From an uncultured Candidatus Saccharibacteria bacterium (GTDB taxonomy: Bacteria; Patescibacteriota; Minisyncoccia; Phycocordibacterales; UBA918): a stretch of 64,000 nucleotides of DNA. Every line of letters starts with the position of its first letter. The stretch's first letter is position 1. The notes beneath the pieces are model-generated. The model was not told the DNA's origin, did not search any database, and saw nothing but the letters and a program-made list of their open reading frames with translations. The stretch is from the NCBI GenBank assembly GCA_964611205.1, contig CAZSZB010000003.1:23764-87763 (forward strand). Reading direction: 5' to 3'. The translations under genes and the position numbers were made by a program. Below are positions 1 through 10,795 of the stretch, piece after piece.

Positions 1-1451
1 CGACTGGTGCCTTCTTACTCTTAGCACGTTTCGTTATCTTGATAATGTATATGATTTTTTCGCCGGTAATGTTTCTCGGTTGGATACTGCCAAAATTTGC
101 TCAGTATTCTACCAAGTGGTGGACAGGTTTTCTTTCTCAAGCTTTCTTAGCTCCCGCTTATCTCTTTATGCTCTATATATCCTATATTGCAATAGAGCGC
201 TTTCGTATCAACCAGAGGGTAGGTGATAGTCTAGGTGAGGTCCTACAAGAAACCTCCAAGATGGATATTGATACTTTTTATGTTGTTTTAGTCTTCGCTT
301 TTGCTGCTGCTATGCTCATCGCTTCGTTATTGGTAGCTAAACAAATGGGAGCGGTAGGTGCTGGCTCAACAATAAAATTTATGGATGGTATTCAAAAGAA
401 TATTCGGGGTAATATGCAGAGTGCTGTTGGCCGCAGAACAGTTGGGTGGGTAGGTAATAAACTAGCCGAGAGAACAAAACAAAATGAAGGTACCGCAGCG
501 GGTCGGGCCAGGAATAAATGGATGAGCAGAGCAACTTTAGGAACCTTCGATACTCAAGCTAGAATCAAAGCCGGTGATAAGATGGCTGGCAGCACTTTTG
601 GTGGCTCACGATCCTACAGTTCACAGCAGAAGTGGGCGGGAGAGAGACAGGCTTTAGAGGCTAGCGGTGCACAAAGTAATACTTTAAAAGCCGCAGTTAA
701 AAATTACAATGAGCACAAAAACAGTGACGATGCTCAAAAAGCAGCTAAAGCAACAGCGGAACTAGAGAGGGTCTTAAGAGAAACTCATCCAACTACTATA
801 ACTAATACCTTAAAAAATGATGGGGACGGTGCTACTCTTATTAGCTCAATAGCTGGAGAATTAACAGACTCCCAACTCAAAGCCATTAATGACGATAAAG
901 AAATAGATGTTGGTACTAAATCAACTATAGATTCTAACCGATCAACTCAAACCATTGAAAGGTTAGGAAGAATGTATAGTGAGAACAAGAGTCCGACAGC
1001 CAACCTGCAAAATACCATACACAAAGCAGCCGCATCGGAATTAGGAGCCATCGGATTAGAGGAAGTTATAAAGCATGCTGAATATTTATCTGCCAAACAA
1101 ATCGAAGACTGGAAAGATTTAACACCATCGGAAAAAGCTAACTTAAAACAAGCTCGGGAAGCACAATTAAAAGAAACCCTTGCTACACCCGCTGGTGCTG
1201 AAACAATATACAATCGCTTTAAAAGCGATATTGAGAGATCAAAACTACCTAAAGATATCTTGTTAAGTGGTGCCTCTAGTTTATATCTTAACAAAAATGT
1301 TCTAACTCATATTATAGACAACCCGGGAATGACAGGAGATGATAGGGCTAAAATAAAAGAGTTAATTAAAATGCGTTACCCGAGTGACACTCCAGAAGGT
1401 AAGGAGTGGAACGAGTGGTTTAACAAAAATAGTGCTGGACAAAGATTCTAA
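1..1451 (+). CDS. VirB6/TrbL-like membrane protein with long C-terminal domain (5'-truncated by window)
   Basis: Hydrophobic helices with IFSPVMFLGWILP..KWW motif typical of VirB6-like proteins; upstream of PrgI/VirB4. Confidence 0.6.
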   Translation, partial: TGAFLLLARFVILIMYMIFSPVMFLGWILPKFAQYSTKWWTGFLSQAFLAPAYLFMLYISYIAIERFRINQRVGDSLGEVLQETSKMDIDTFYVVLVFAFAAAMLIASLLVAKQMGAVGAGSTIKFMDGIQKNIRGNMQSAVGRRTVGWVGNKLAERTKQNEGTAAGRARNKWMSRATLGTFDTQARIKAGDKMAGSTFGGSRSYSSQQKWAGERQALEASGAQSNTLKAAVKNYNEHKNSDDAQKAAKATAELERVLRETHPTTITNTLKNDGDGATLISSIAGELTDSQLKAINDDKEIDVGTKSTIDSNRSTQTIERLGRMYSENKSPTANLQNTIHKAAASELGAIGLEEVIKHAEYLSAKQIEDWKDLTPSEKANLKQAREAQLKETLATPAGAETIYNRFKSDIERSKLPKDILLSGASSLYLNKNVLTHIIDNPGMTGDDRAKIKELIKMRYPSDTPEGKEWNEWFNKNSAGQRF

Positions 1452-1453
1452 AT

Positions 1454-2137
1454 ATGGAAATAAATGAACAAAACAGAATAGAAATTTACCGTCAGTCACC
1501 AACCAAGATACGAGAACTCTACACGAGTAGTCGGCCGGGAGAAATCATAACCAAGCTGGGCAATACTTTCGCGATGAATTTTTCTGAAAAATTAGCCATT
1601 GAAATAATCGGTGACTGTATTCTTGGTTTTTATAAAACCACCGACTTACCACGCTTGTTTCAAGAAAAGTTATTAGTCGGGGCTGATCAGGCCCATCGTA
1701 TGACTGCAGAATTTATAGAATTTCTAACACCCGTGATAGAGAGGGAGCAAGCACTGAACAATGCTAGTAAGGCAGAAGTGAAACAATTAGCTGATGATTT
1801 TTCTACCAAAACAGAACGAGAAGTTGTGACTAACGAGTCTGATGATATTACCCCAGTGACACCACTGCGAACTATGCAGGGCGATATCGATCGTATTCAT
1901 GGCTATGGTGCCTACCGAACACAAAACCCTCTATCAGCCAGTCCTGACAACGATGAACCCATCATACAGGCTAGACCGCAAGAAGACCTATTAAATAGAA
2001 ACCCCAAACCAGTAACAGACATGCCCAAATATGATGAAGACATTATCTCATCGGAAGAAGACTCTAGTCCTGCCAAACCGACAAACGAAATACCGACTAG
2101 TACAAAAATACCAATCAGACCAGTAAGCGAAGAATAA
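1454..2137 (+). CDS. hypothetical protein in T4SS-like cluster
   Basis: 227-aa ORF 2 nt after previous stop, followed by hairpin. Confidence 0.7.
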   Translation: MEINEQNRIEIYRQSPTKIRELYTSSRPGEIITKLGNTFAMNFSEKLAIEIIGDCILGFYKTTDLPRLFQEKLLVGADQAHRMTAEFIEFLTPVIEREQALNNASKAEVKQLADDFSTKTEREVVTNESDDITPVTPLRTMQGDIDRIHGYGAYRTQNPLSASPDNDEPIIQARPQEDLLNRNPKPVTDMPKYDEDIISSEEDSSPAKPTNEIPTSTKIPIRPVSEE

Positions 2138-2146
2138 GAACAAACT

Positions 2147-2179
2147 CAAAACCTAGGACATCGTAAGTCCTAGGTTTTG
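2147..2179 (+). terminator. intrinsic terminator-like hairpin
   Basis: caaaacctaggac / gtcctaggttttg inverted repeat. Confidence 0.6.
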
Positions 2180-2241
2180 GTAGAACGTGTTTATCCCTTA
2201 TCAGTCTTAAGGTTATTAGTAATCTCTTATATAATGAAGTT

Positions 2242-2649
2242 ATGCGTTTTGAAGTACCACAATTTATTGAAATAGAGGATAAGATTTTCGGGCCTTTTAC
2301 TTGGCGACAATTTGTCTACTTAGCAGGTGGTGTCGGGTTAGCCGCTGTTATCTTTTTAATAACTCCTTTATTTGTTTTTATTATTATCGGCATACCAATT
2401 GGAGGATTGGGTTTGGCTCTGGCTTTTTATCCAGTCAATAATCAACCTTTTTCAGTTTTTTTAGAATCTATTTTTAGATTTTATAGAAGTGGCCAAACAT
2501 ATCATTGGCGCAGCAAAAGAGACACTGTCTATCGCGATAAAGCTCCCGCCCTGGCTAGTAAGGCCATTTATACAACACCTGATCCTGATAATAATCTACA
2601 TTCTATATCTAAAAAATTAGAGTTGGAGGCCTTACAAAAGGATATCTAA
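2242..2649 (+). CDS. PrgI family membrane protein (VirB3-like)
   Basis: VPQFIEIEDKIFGPFTWRQF N-terminus plus two TM helices. Confidence 0.85.
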   Translation: MRFEVPQFIEIEDKIFGPFTWRQFVYLAGGVGLAAVIFLITPLFVFIIIGIPIGGLGLALAFYPVNNQPFSVFLESIFRFYRSGQTYHWRSKRDTVYRDKAPALASKAIYTTPDPDNNLHSISKKLELEALQKDI

Positions 2650-2749
2650 ATATCGATATTGTCACATAACGACTTACTCAGGCGCATGGAAGACGGGTGT
2701 AGATAATTGTGAGACAATATAAACAACTAGGTGGTAATTTTGTTTAAGA

Positions 2750-3382
2750 ATGAAAACTCAAACTCAAAAAACAACTCAGAATTTTGTGCCCATAAGGGAT
2801 GTTAAGGATAATGTAGTAATCCTAAAAGATGGCCGTATGAACGGGGTTCTTTTGGCTTCTTCTATCAACTTTGCTTTGAAATCAGGTGACGAGCAAGCAG
2901 CTATTCTTTCTCATTTTCAGTCTTTTCTCAACACTATAGATTTTTCTGTCCAATTTTATGTCCAGTCAAGAAGACTTGATATACGACCTTATATGGAAAA
3001 ACTGGAGAAGAGAATTCCCGAGCAGCACAATGATTTAATGCGTATCCAGTTACGTGAATACATGGGTTTTATCCAGGCTTTCACTGACGAGGTAGAGGTG
3101 ATGACTAAAAACTTTTTTGTGGTAGTGCCTTATACTCCTACCGAAATAAACCTTAAAGCTAATCTGGGTTCAATTTTAGGAGGGAAGAAAGAGCTCCAGA
3201 TAGATAGTCATAAATTTCAAGAACACCGCACTCAGTTGGAACAACGTATGACTTTGGTAGAACAGGGGTTAAATAGAATAGGTGTAAAGACAGTGGCTCT
3301 AAAAAACGAAGAGTTGGTAGAACTCTATTATCATATTTTTAACCCTGGTGATAACATACCAACAGCACCTAAATATAAATAA
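2750..3382 (+). CDS. TraC/VirB4 N-terminal-like T4SS-associated protein
   Basis: SINFALKS..EQ, FLN..DF..Q motifs; between PrgI and VirB4. Confidence 0.7.
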   Translation: MKTQTQKTTQNFVPIRDVKDNVVILKDGRMNGVLLASSINFALKSGDEQAAILSHFQSFLNTIDFSVQFYVQSRRLDIRPYMEKLEKRIPEQHNDLMRIQLREYMGFIQAFTDEVEVMTKNFFVVVPYTPTEINLKANLGSILGGKKELQIDSHKFQEHRTQLEQRMTLVEQGLNRIGVKTVALKNEELVELYYHIFNPGDNIPTAPKYK

Positions 3383-3384
3383 TT

Positions 3385-5223
3385 ATGGGTATATTAGATA
3401 ACTTAAGAAAGCAAGCCATAAATAAATTAGGCGGGACTAGCGAGAAGGAGAGCAACGAGTCAGATTTTACTCTACCGGACAATGCCTTAATGACCCTTGA
3501 GGATGTAATAGCTCCCTCTGGTGTAGAAGTCACACCCCGTAATATAAACATCAACGGTACTTACGCTCGAACTCTTTTTACCGTTTCTTATCCTCGTTAT
3601 CTTCACGAAGGCTGGTTAGAGCCAATTCTTAACTTAGAGAAAGAACTAGATATATCTATTATTATTCACCCGATTAATACGGCGGATACCCTAAAGAAGT
3701 TTCAGAAAAAAGTAGCTGAGGTAGAGAGTCAGATAAATATGCGCTCTGATAAAGGTATGGTTCGTGACCCTCAACTCGAGGCTGCCTTTCGCAACCTTGA
3801 AGATTTACGTGACAAGCTCCAACAGGCCGAAGAAAAATTATTTGATGTTGGTCTTTATATCACTATCTATGGTGATAATGAAAAGATGCTTGATAAAACA
3901 GAAAGTGAACTTAGAGGGATTCTAGATTCTCGTTTGATTTATCTTAAACCTGCTCTCTTCCAACAAGAGCAGGGGATTCGTAGCGTGCTGCCATTTTGTA
4001 ATGATGAATTAATGATTCATAACAAATTTAATTCATCACCTTTGTCTAGTTTTTTCCCCTTTACTTCTTTTGACCTTACCTCTGACACTGGTATTCTCTA
4101 CGGAATTAACCGTCACAACTCTAGCTTGGTGTTATTTGATCGTTTCCAATTAACCAACTACAACTCAGTAACCTTTGCCACCTCTGGAGCTGGTAAATCA
4201 TACGCCACAAAATTAGAAATCCTTCGGTCTTTAATGTTTGATACCGAAGTAATAGTGATAGATCCGGAAAGAGAGTACGAGTACCTAGCCGAAGCAACTG
4301 GTGGTCGGTTTTTTGATATTTCACTTTCCTCAGACCATAATATCAATCCTTTTGATTTACCTGTTCCGCAACCAGACGAGGACCCTGAAGATGTTTTACG
4401 CTCACATATTATAGAAACGATTGGTTTGTTCAGACTGATGCTGGGCGGCCTATCTGCTGAGGAGGAAACCTTAGTCGACCAAGCCATTCGTGAAACTTAT
4501 GCGCTAAAGGACATTAGTGGTAACGCTGATTACAGCGAATTAGAGCCGCCTTTATTATCTGATTTTGAAATGGTGCTAGCCGGTATGGAAGGTAGCTCTT
4601 CTCTAATTTCTAGGTTACAGAAATATACTTCTGGAACTTGGTCTGGTTTTATGAATCGCCCAACCAACGTCGACATCAACCAACGTTTTGTGGTCTTTTC
4701 CTTGCGTGATATGGAAGACGAACTAAAAACTATTGCGATGTACATCATCACGCACCATATCTGGGGAATGATCCGTCGCCGCTTACAAAAAAGATTGTTG
4801 GTGATAGACGAAGCTTGGTGGATGATGAAAAGTGAGGATACCGCTTCCTTCCTCTTTATGCTCGCTAAACGTGGACGAAAATATTACCTAGGATTAGCTA
4901 CCATCACTCAAGACGTTGATGACTTTTTACGCTCACCTTATGGAGAACCCATGATTACAAACTCCAGTCTTCAGTTTTTAATGAAACAGTCACCGACTGC
5001 TATAGATAATATTCAAAATACTTTCCAATTAACCGACGAAGAGAAGTTCTTACTTTTAGAATCAGCAGTGGGTGAGGGAATATTTTTTGCTGGACTAAAA
5101 CACGTGGCTATTAAGGTGATTGCTTCTTATACAGAAGACCAAATTATTACCTCAGACCCTTCTCAGATTCTACAAATTCAGAAAGCTCGAGCTGAACTCA
5201 AGCAAATACAACCAGATAAATAA
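3385..5223 (+). CDS. VirB4-like ATPase
   Basis: Walker A ATSGAGKS, IDPEREY, INPFD, Walker B VIDEAW, RKY..ITQ. Confidence 0.9.
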   Translation: MGILDNLRKQAINKLGGTSEKESNESDFTLPDNALMTLEDVIAPSGVEVTPRNININGTYARTLFTVSYPRYLHEGWLEPILNLEKELDISIIIHPINTADTLKKFQKKVAEVESQINMRSDKGMVRDPQLEAAFRNLEDLRDKLQQAEEKLFDVGLYITIYGDNEKMLDKTESELRGILDSRLIYLKPALFQQEQGIRSVLPFCNDELMIHNKFNSSPLSSFFPFTSFDLTSDTGILYGINRHNSSLVLFDRFQLTNYNSVTFATSGAGKSYATKLEILRSLMFDTEVIVIDPEREYEYLAEATGGRFFDISLSSDHNINPFDLPVPQPDEDPEDVLRSHIIETIGLFRLMLGGLSAEEETLVDQAIRETYALKDISGNADYSELEPPLLSDFEMVLAGMEGSSSLISRLQKYTSGTWSGFMNRPTNVDINQRFVVFSLRDMEDELKTIAMYIITHHIWGMIRRRLQKRLLVIDEAWWMMKSEDTASFLFMLAKRGRKYYLGLATITQDVDDFLRSPYGEPMITNSSLQFLMKQSPTAIDNIQNTFQLTDEEKFLLLESAVGEGIFFAGLKHVAIKVIASYTEDQIITSDPSQILQIQKARAELKQIQPDK

Positions 5224-5225
5224 AT

Positions 5226-5975
5226 ATGGCTTCAGCAAAGAAAGTAGTCGGAGAGGGAGTGGAAAGTGTCAGTAGTCCACGTCACAACCAAAACAGCTAC
5301 AAGCCTTTTGGTGACCCAGATCAATATGCCGAAGATTACACAGCCGAACAATTAAAAAAAAGACGTCAGCGAGTTCAAAAAGGTAATCCCCAGCAGGGTG
5401 CGGATGCTAACGATCAACAGTCTTCAAAATACTTAAATCATCCTATACCATTTGCAAAAGACAGTGTTTCTCTCATTAGTGATGTAGCCCTAAAAATTAA
5501 GGCTACCAGAACCAGTATGGCTATCGGGGCTCCAACTTTCACCTGGTACCTGATGGTGCAATTACCTTTATTCGTTGCCTCTATGGTTTTTTTACTACTT
5601 GCTGCTTCTATGGAAGCTGTTTCTGCCACTGCCGATTCTTCAGTTATACTCAAAGCACTCACAGCCCCTTTAGCCGGGGCAAACTATGTACTGTCATTGG
5701 TTGGTATTGATATTTCTAAACTCAGTTATGATGCTCTGTTAGGAGCAGGAGCTGGTCTTAGTATGCTTAATGCCGGACTGGCTTTGGTATTTATGTTTGC
5801 GGCCGCTATTATGTACTCACTTTCTGGAGTACATTGGTTATTCGGTAAACACTCAGCTTTAAAAATTGGCTTTTTCTTATTGGCTATAATTGGTTATTTT
5901 TCTGGTATATTCCAATTTATTCCGTGGATTTTTGGCTGGATTTTTGTGGTTTCATTATACCCGGGCGATAATTAA
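5226..5975 (+). CDS. multi-pass membrane protein
   Basis: 249 aa, hydrophobic C-terminal two thirds; coupled to VirB4 gene. Confidence 0.7.
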   Translation: MASAKKVVGEGVESVSSPRHNQNSYKPFGDPDQYAEDYTAEQLKKRRQRVQKGNPQQGADANDQQSSKYLNHPIPFAKDSVSLISDVALKIKATRTSMAIGAPTFTWYLMVQLPLFVASMVFLLLAASMEAVSATADSSVILKALTAPLAGANYVLSLVGIDISKLSYDALLGAGAGLSMLNAGLALVFMFAAAIMYSLSGVHWLFGKHSALKIGFFLLAIIGYFSGIFQFIPWIFGWIFVVSLYPGDN

Positions 5976-6044
5976 GTCCTCTATTTAGTTTGGTTTTAAA
6001 CATTTTTTAAACAGAATGTAACACCTTCGTGTTAATCTAAAGCT

Positions 6045-7007
6045 ATGAAGAAATTATTTGCTCTTACATTTTTTTGGTTCTTTTTATTACCTTTTAGCAG
6101 TCTCCAAGCTCAAGGAGTTGCTATTGATCAAAATTTTTCTATTAAAACAAGCCCCGCAATACCAGAACCAAACTCCGAGGTCACTGTTGAGCTGGATGCT
6201 TATGCCTACGACACGGTAGGAGCAACTATAAATTGGTTTATAGATGGTCAAGAAAATACTAACGTCAAAAACCAATACAACTTTAAGCTAAATACCAAAG
6301 CGATTGGGCAGGCGACTGAAATAAAAGTTGTTGCGACAATGCCATCAGGAAAAACCTTAACGAAAACTATCTTACTGAAACCAGCTCGAGTAGATGTGGT
6401 TATTGAAGCAAATACTTTAGTGCCATCTTTTTATCAAGGACGAGCTTTGCCGACTATTGGCAGTACAATTAGGGTAATAGCTACTCCTTACACAGGCGAA
6501 AGTACCGCTGCTAAAGATTTCACCTATGCTTGGAAACACGACAATCAGGTACTTTTTGGTGGTCCTGTTAAAGGCAAGCAAGTAGCAGAAATAGAAGTAG
6601 GACAAGGTTTAGAACAGATTATTACTGTTGATGTTATAAACAAAAATGGAGTTACAGTCGCTAGAAAATCAGTTGTTCTACCTCTTCACAAACCAGAAGT
6701 TGTTTTTTATGAAGAAAATCCGTTACGAGGAGCTTCTCAAATAGCCATCAATAATAGTTACTATCTAACCAGTGACGAAGTAACACTACGAGCAGAACCA
6801 TATTATATGGACAAAAATATTTTTTCTAGTCAACCGTTAATCGAATGGACACTTAATAACAGGAAAATATCTAATCAGAGCCAAGATCCCCAATATCTAA
6901 CTTTGCAGAAAAAAACCGATGCTGGGGCTGTTAAGTTACGATTCCACATCCGTAATCTCAATCAATTATTGCAAGGAGTTAAAGGTGATCTGAGTATAAG
7001 TTTTTAA
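6045..7007 (+). CDS. secreted protein with probable Ig-like beta domains
   Basis: Signal peptide; repeated beta-rich units with W..D/N motifs. Confidence 0.7.
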   Translation: MKKLFALTFFWFFLLPFSSLQAQGVAIDQNFSIKTSPAIPEPNSEVTVELDAYAYDTVGATINWFIDGQENTNVKNQYNFKLNTKAIGQATEIKVVATMPSGKTLTKTILLKPARVDVVIEANTLVPSFYQGRALPTIGSTIRVIATPYTGESTAAKDFTYAWKHDNQVLFGGPVKGKQVAEIEVGQGLEQIITVDVINKNGVTVARKSVVLPLHKPEVVFYEENPLRGASQIAINNSYYLTSDEVTLRAEPYYMDKNIFSSQPLIEWTLNNRKISNQSQDPQYLTLQKKTDAGAVKLRFHIRNLNQLLQGVKGDLSISF

Positions 7008-7066
7008 GATTATAAGTTAGCTGTATACAAGACAGTTAATAGGTAAGTCGTCCATTGTATAATGGG

Positions 7067-8242
7067 ATGGTGAAAAGAACGATAATCATAACGATTGGTG
7101 CAATCACCATATTACTTATATTCACCGTTTGGTTATATTTGCTATTTTTTGGTGCCCCTGATGAAACTAATGATATTTTTACCAATCTTGGTTTTGCACC
7201 AGCTATGCAGGAAACTATTCCTGAAATGGTCCCTATTGAAGTAAAGACAGAACATACGGTAAATGTCGCTGAGGGCTTGCAACAGCTCACCACCAAGGCC
7301 GTAGCCGGTTTCATAGCTATCAAAGCTAGCACTTCCACTCCAACCATTGTCCGTTACGTAGAACAGGGAACTGGTTATATTTTCGACATAGATTTAAATA
7401 CCGGTGAAGAAAAGGTGATTAGTCAAAATACTTTTCCTAAAGTCAGACAAGCAGTATTTTCACCCGATGGACAAGCGGTTGCTTTAACAGCTGTTACTGG
7501 TTATGAAAGAAATACTTTTGTCGGCTTAATTGATACTGTTAATAACAAAATAACTGGTGAAAATATAATTCCTAATGCAAATAATATTCATTTACCTAAT
7601 AATCACAGTGTTAAATACACGGTGGAGTCTGAAGATAACCTGCTTGGCTACACCTACGATTTTGTAGCTGGAAAGTTACGACAAGAATTTGTAGTTCCTT
7701 TCCTGGCTGTTAAAGTGCTCTGGCAAGAGGACAATGAAACCTATCTATACAATAAACCGACCGCTGAGTTACCAGGCTACCTATACAAAATAAAAGCCGG
7801 GAGTTATGAAGCAACTGATATTCATGGCTACAGTCTAACTGTTGAAAATAACAGTCAATTTCTAGGCTATAGTTATCAACAAAATGGTTCTTACCAAACT
7901 AAGTTTAAAAGCATTAGCAGTGGTACAGAGTATGATTCACCGATTGTTTTGGTACCAGAAAAATGTGCTTTTTATAATAAAACTAACCTAACCCAGATGT
8001 GGTGCGCTAACCCAATCATCCCAACCAGTTTCGATATCACCAAATGGTATCAGGGCAAAATATCAACTTCAGATTATTTGTGGCAGGTATCAGTCCAGCA
8101 AAATCAAGCTGTCCTACTTAGTGATTTAGAGGCAGTTAGTGGTAGACCGATTGATGTGAAAGATCTTATGATTACGGGTGATGACACTCTCTTACTTTTC
8201 TCTAATAAACTTGATAATACTTTATGGAAATTCGACATCTAG
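7067..8242 (+). CDS. membrane-anchored extracellular protein, probable beta-propeller
   Basis: N-terminal TM helix, FSPDG motif; start re-placed after TATAAT 7058-7063. Confidence 0.65.
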   Translation: MVKRTIIITIGAITILLIFTVWLYLLFFGAPDETNDIFTNLGFAPAMQETIPEMVPIEVKTEHTVNVAEGLQQLTTKAVAGFIAIKASTSTPTIVRYVEQGTGYIFDIDLNTGEEKVISQNTFPKVRQAVFSPDGQAVALTAVTGYERNTFVGLIDTVNNKITGENIIPNANNIHLPNNHSVKYTVESEDNLLGYTYDFVAGKLRQEFVVPFLAVKVLWQEDNETYLYNKPTAELPGYLYKIKAGSYEATDIHGYSLTVENNSQFLGYSYQQNGSYQTKFKSISSGTEYDSPIVLVPEKCAFYNKTNLTQMWCANPIIPTSFDITKWYQGKISTSDYLWQVSVQQNQAVLLSDLEAVSGRPIDVKDLMITGDDTLLLFSNKLDNTLWKFDI

Positions 8243-9171
8243 ATAAGCATTTTATATTAAGCTCAGTACTTTTAACTCTGACTCTTTTGGCGATTATTTT
8301 TCCTTTACCAACCTTGGCAATAACCTACACTCCGCTGGTAGAAGGCATGCCTACTGTGGAAAGTTCAGATATATCAGGCTATATAAACGCCCTTTACACA
8401 TTAGCTATTAGCTTAGCAGCTCTCCTAGCGGTAGTAAAAATCATTCTCGCTGGTATGAAGTACATACTCTCTGATGTTGTCCCGAGCAAAAGCGACGCTA
8501 AAAAAGATATCTGGGGAGCTGTTATCGGATTATTAATTGTACTCTCTGCTGTTCTTATCCTTAACACCATCAACCCCAACCTAACTGATTTTAATATCTT
8601 CAAAGAAGCTATTTATACCGAAAGAGAATACTCCGGTGATTTGGGGGAATATTGTGATACTTACTCTCGAAGTAAAGAGTGCCAAGAAAAAGATTACTAT
8701 GGAGCAGCAGGAATTAGGGGAAATGACTCCTTAGGTAACCCGGTCTTGTACGATTATCAATCGCTATCCGCTACTAGAGTTCATCAGTTCATTGAAAGCT
8801 GCGGTTCCGGAAAAATTGTTACTAGTGTAGATGGTTCGATGACATGTAGAGGAGGTGACCAGGCTACACTAGGGAGTGTTGTAAATACCGAAGAGGCTCT
8901 CGAATTAATACCGCCAAGCTTAGCGGATAATGAAAAACAAATTTTAACAGAGCAATTTAGGGAATATGTGGCACCTTATGAGCCAAAAGATGTAGATATT
9001 AATTTAATTAAAGAACAGACTGGTGCTAACAACGTCCTTTTTGTTGTCCAACAAGACCTTCTCCAGACCCGTTCTAATGCTGGTGCTGAATCACAACAGG
9101 AAGCATATTGCTCAGCTATTGGTGGAGAAATAGTACAAGGAGGATCGTATTACAGAGCTTGTGTAAATTAA
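8224..9171 (+). CDS. VirB2/TrbC-type pilin-domain protein with Cys-rich C-terminus
   Basis: IILAGMKYI..AK..IWGAVIGLLIVL..LILNTINP motif of CPR pilin-like proteins. Confidence 0.75.
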   Translation: MEIRHLDKHFILSSVLLTLTLLAIIFPLPTLAITYTPLVEGMPTVESSDISGYINALYTLAISLAALLAVVKIILAGMKYILSDVVPSKSDAKKDIWGAVIGLLIVLSAVLILNTINPNLTDFNIFKEAIYTEREYSGDLGEYCDTYSRSKECQEKDYYGAAGIRGNDSLGNPVLYDYQSLSATRVHQFIESCGSGKIVTSVDGSMTCRGGDQATLGSVVNTEEALELIPPSLADNEKQILTEQFREYVAPYEPKDVDINLIKEQTGANNVLFVVQQDLLQTRSNAGAESQQEAYCSAIGGEIVQGGSYYRACVN

Positions 9172-9899
9172 TTATTACGATGCCTTCGCACTACGAATTC
9201 TTGAGCGATGGCCATGAGGTTACTGACTGTGAAGTACAGAGCAATTGAAGCTGAAATAGTATAAGCCACTACAAAGATTATGGCTGGCATAACATAGCGC
9301 ATTTGCACGTGCATACTACGAGCGAAGTCTCCTTTAAGATCTGGTTTTTCACCCTCTTTCTTTGGCTCTGGTTTAGGAAGAGATATCTTAGCGTGAATAA
9401 ACTGAGTAATACCAGCTAGGGCTGCTAACGGGAGACTCTTAGCAGCAATATCTATAAAACCAAGGAAGAACATTGAGACTGTTTCGGGAGCAGTAACAAA
9501 AGAGTAAAGAATCTCGATATTAATATCTGGTAACGGAAATCCACCACCCCGAGAAACAGATAGGTAGAGGGCTATAATAACTGGTATCTGAATAAAAAGC
9601 TGAAGGATACTGGCAAACGGATTAACGTTATTCGTACGATAAAGCTCTAACATCGCCTTAGATTGTTCTTGTTTGTCCTTAATCCTGTCCTTAATTTCTT
9701 TGAGTTTTGGTTCTAGCTCACGCATAACCATTTGTGTTTTTGTCGCCTTAATAGAAAGCGGCAACAAAATTAGCTTTACCAAAATAGTTATCAAAATGAT
9801 AGAAAGACCAACATCTCCCCCTGGCACTACATCAATGAAAAAAACTAAACCATTATAAATCGGATCAAAGAAGACGTTGTGCCAGATGGAATTAAACAT
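9168..9899 (-). CDS. yidC: membrane protein insertase YidC
   Basis: GLSIILITILVKLILLPL, IQIPVIIALY, LYFTVSN; rpmH-rnpA context. Confidence 0.95.
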   Translation of the reverse strand: MFNSIWHNVFFDPIYNGLVFFIDVVPGGDVGLSIILITILVKLILLPLSIKATKTQMVMRELEPKLKEIKDRIKDKQEQSKAMLELYRTNNVNPFASILQLFIQIPVIIALYLSVSRGGGFPLPDINIEILYSFVTAPETVSMFFLGFIDIAAKSLPLAALAGITQFIHAKISLPKPEPKKEGEKPDLKGDFARSMHVQMRYVMPAIIFVVAYTISASIALYFTVSNLMAIAQEFVVRRHRNN

Positions 9900-9983
9900 A
9901 TAAATTAGCTAAGTATTAAACGTCAGTTATTGTAGCTTGAAACAACGACAAAGTTAAGTTTATTTTATGTTCTGGTCATGGTT

Positions 9984-10307
9984 TTATTTTATATTACCAA
10001 GAACTGTCACTAGATCATTATTGATTTCTTTTTTTGTTAAATTTTTAGCCGCTGGTTTAACTAGCACCAAATAAACACCAGTTAGTGAGTGTTCCTTTTG
10101 AAAATTAAATAACTGACTATAGAGTCTACGGCGCAATAGATTACGTTTAACAGCTTGCTTGTAGACTTTCTTACCAACCACAACAGCCGCTTTAAAGTCA
10201 GCTTGTGGAGTATAGATTATTTGTATAGCAGGGGAGTGAAAACGTTTACCTTTTTTAAAGAAGTAATCAAATTCTGAGGTAGTAAGTCTTTGCTTTTTTC
10301 TAAACAT
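9984..10307 (-). CDS. rnpA: ribonuclease P protein component
   Basis: RL..EF, VGKKV..AVKRNLLRRRL motif; start taken at MFRKK. Confidence 0.9.
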   Translation of the reverse strand: MFRKKQRLTTSEFDYFFKKGKRFHSPAIQIIYTPQADFKAAVVVGKKVYKQAVKRNLLRRRLYSQLFNFQKEHSLTGVYLVLVKPAAKNLTKKEINNDLVTVLGNIK

Positions 10308-10336
10308 TTTTATTAGTTTAAGTTTAAACGGAGTAA

Positions 10337-10381
10337 AAGAAAAGAGCAACGACACCTTCTAAGTGTCGTTGCTCTTTTCTT
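10337..10381 (-). terminator. 19-bp stem hairpin between rpmH and rnpA
   Basis: aagaaaagagcaacgacac / gtgtcgttgctcttttctt. Confidence 0.65.
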
Positions 10382-10387
10382 AACCGA

Positions 10388-10537
10388 CTATTTTGATTTT
10401 TTAACCGCTAGTGAAACACGACCCTTACGACGTCGATTACGTAGAATCTTTATTCCTGTTTTTGAGGCCGTTCGCGCTAAGAAACCATGAGTGGTCATAC
10501 GTTTCTTTTGGCTCGGCTGATAAGTTCTTTTTACCAT
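10388..10537 (-). CDS. rpmH: 50S ribosomal protein L34 (missing from ORF track)
   Basis: Hand translation [49 protein letters not shown]. Confidence 0.97.
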   Translation of the reverse strand: MVKRTYQPSQKKRMTTHGFLARTASKTGIKILRNRRRKGRVSLAVKKSK

Positions 10538-10657
10538 ATTGAATGTTTAGTGGCCACAACTATACACTACACACAGTATTTTTCAAGCCATTAAAATCAG
10601 TCTTAATTACCTTAGCTAAATTAAGGAGGGAGAGCAGAAGAAATAATATTTAAAAAG

Positions 10658-10729
10658 TTATACACAACTTATACACAGATGACTGGGGTTGCAAAAAAAA
10701 TCGGGCGGTTTCTTTTGGTTTTATCCACA
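10658..10729. promoter_or_regulatory. DnaA boxes upstream of dnaA (oriC part 1)
   Basis: TTATACACA at 10658 and 10669, TTATCCACA at 10721. Confidence 0.85.
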
Positions 10730-10795
10730 AAAAGTTTACAGTTTCGGTGGGGAGGGTATAATGCTTTCACTACTTAAATTGACTAAGTCTTTGTT

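Noticed and set aside
1-9171. Conjugative element/ICE
   Set aside because: No relaxase, integrase or compositional break visible; overlaps core yidC
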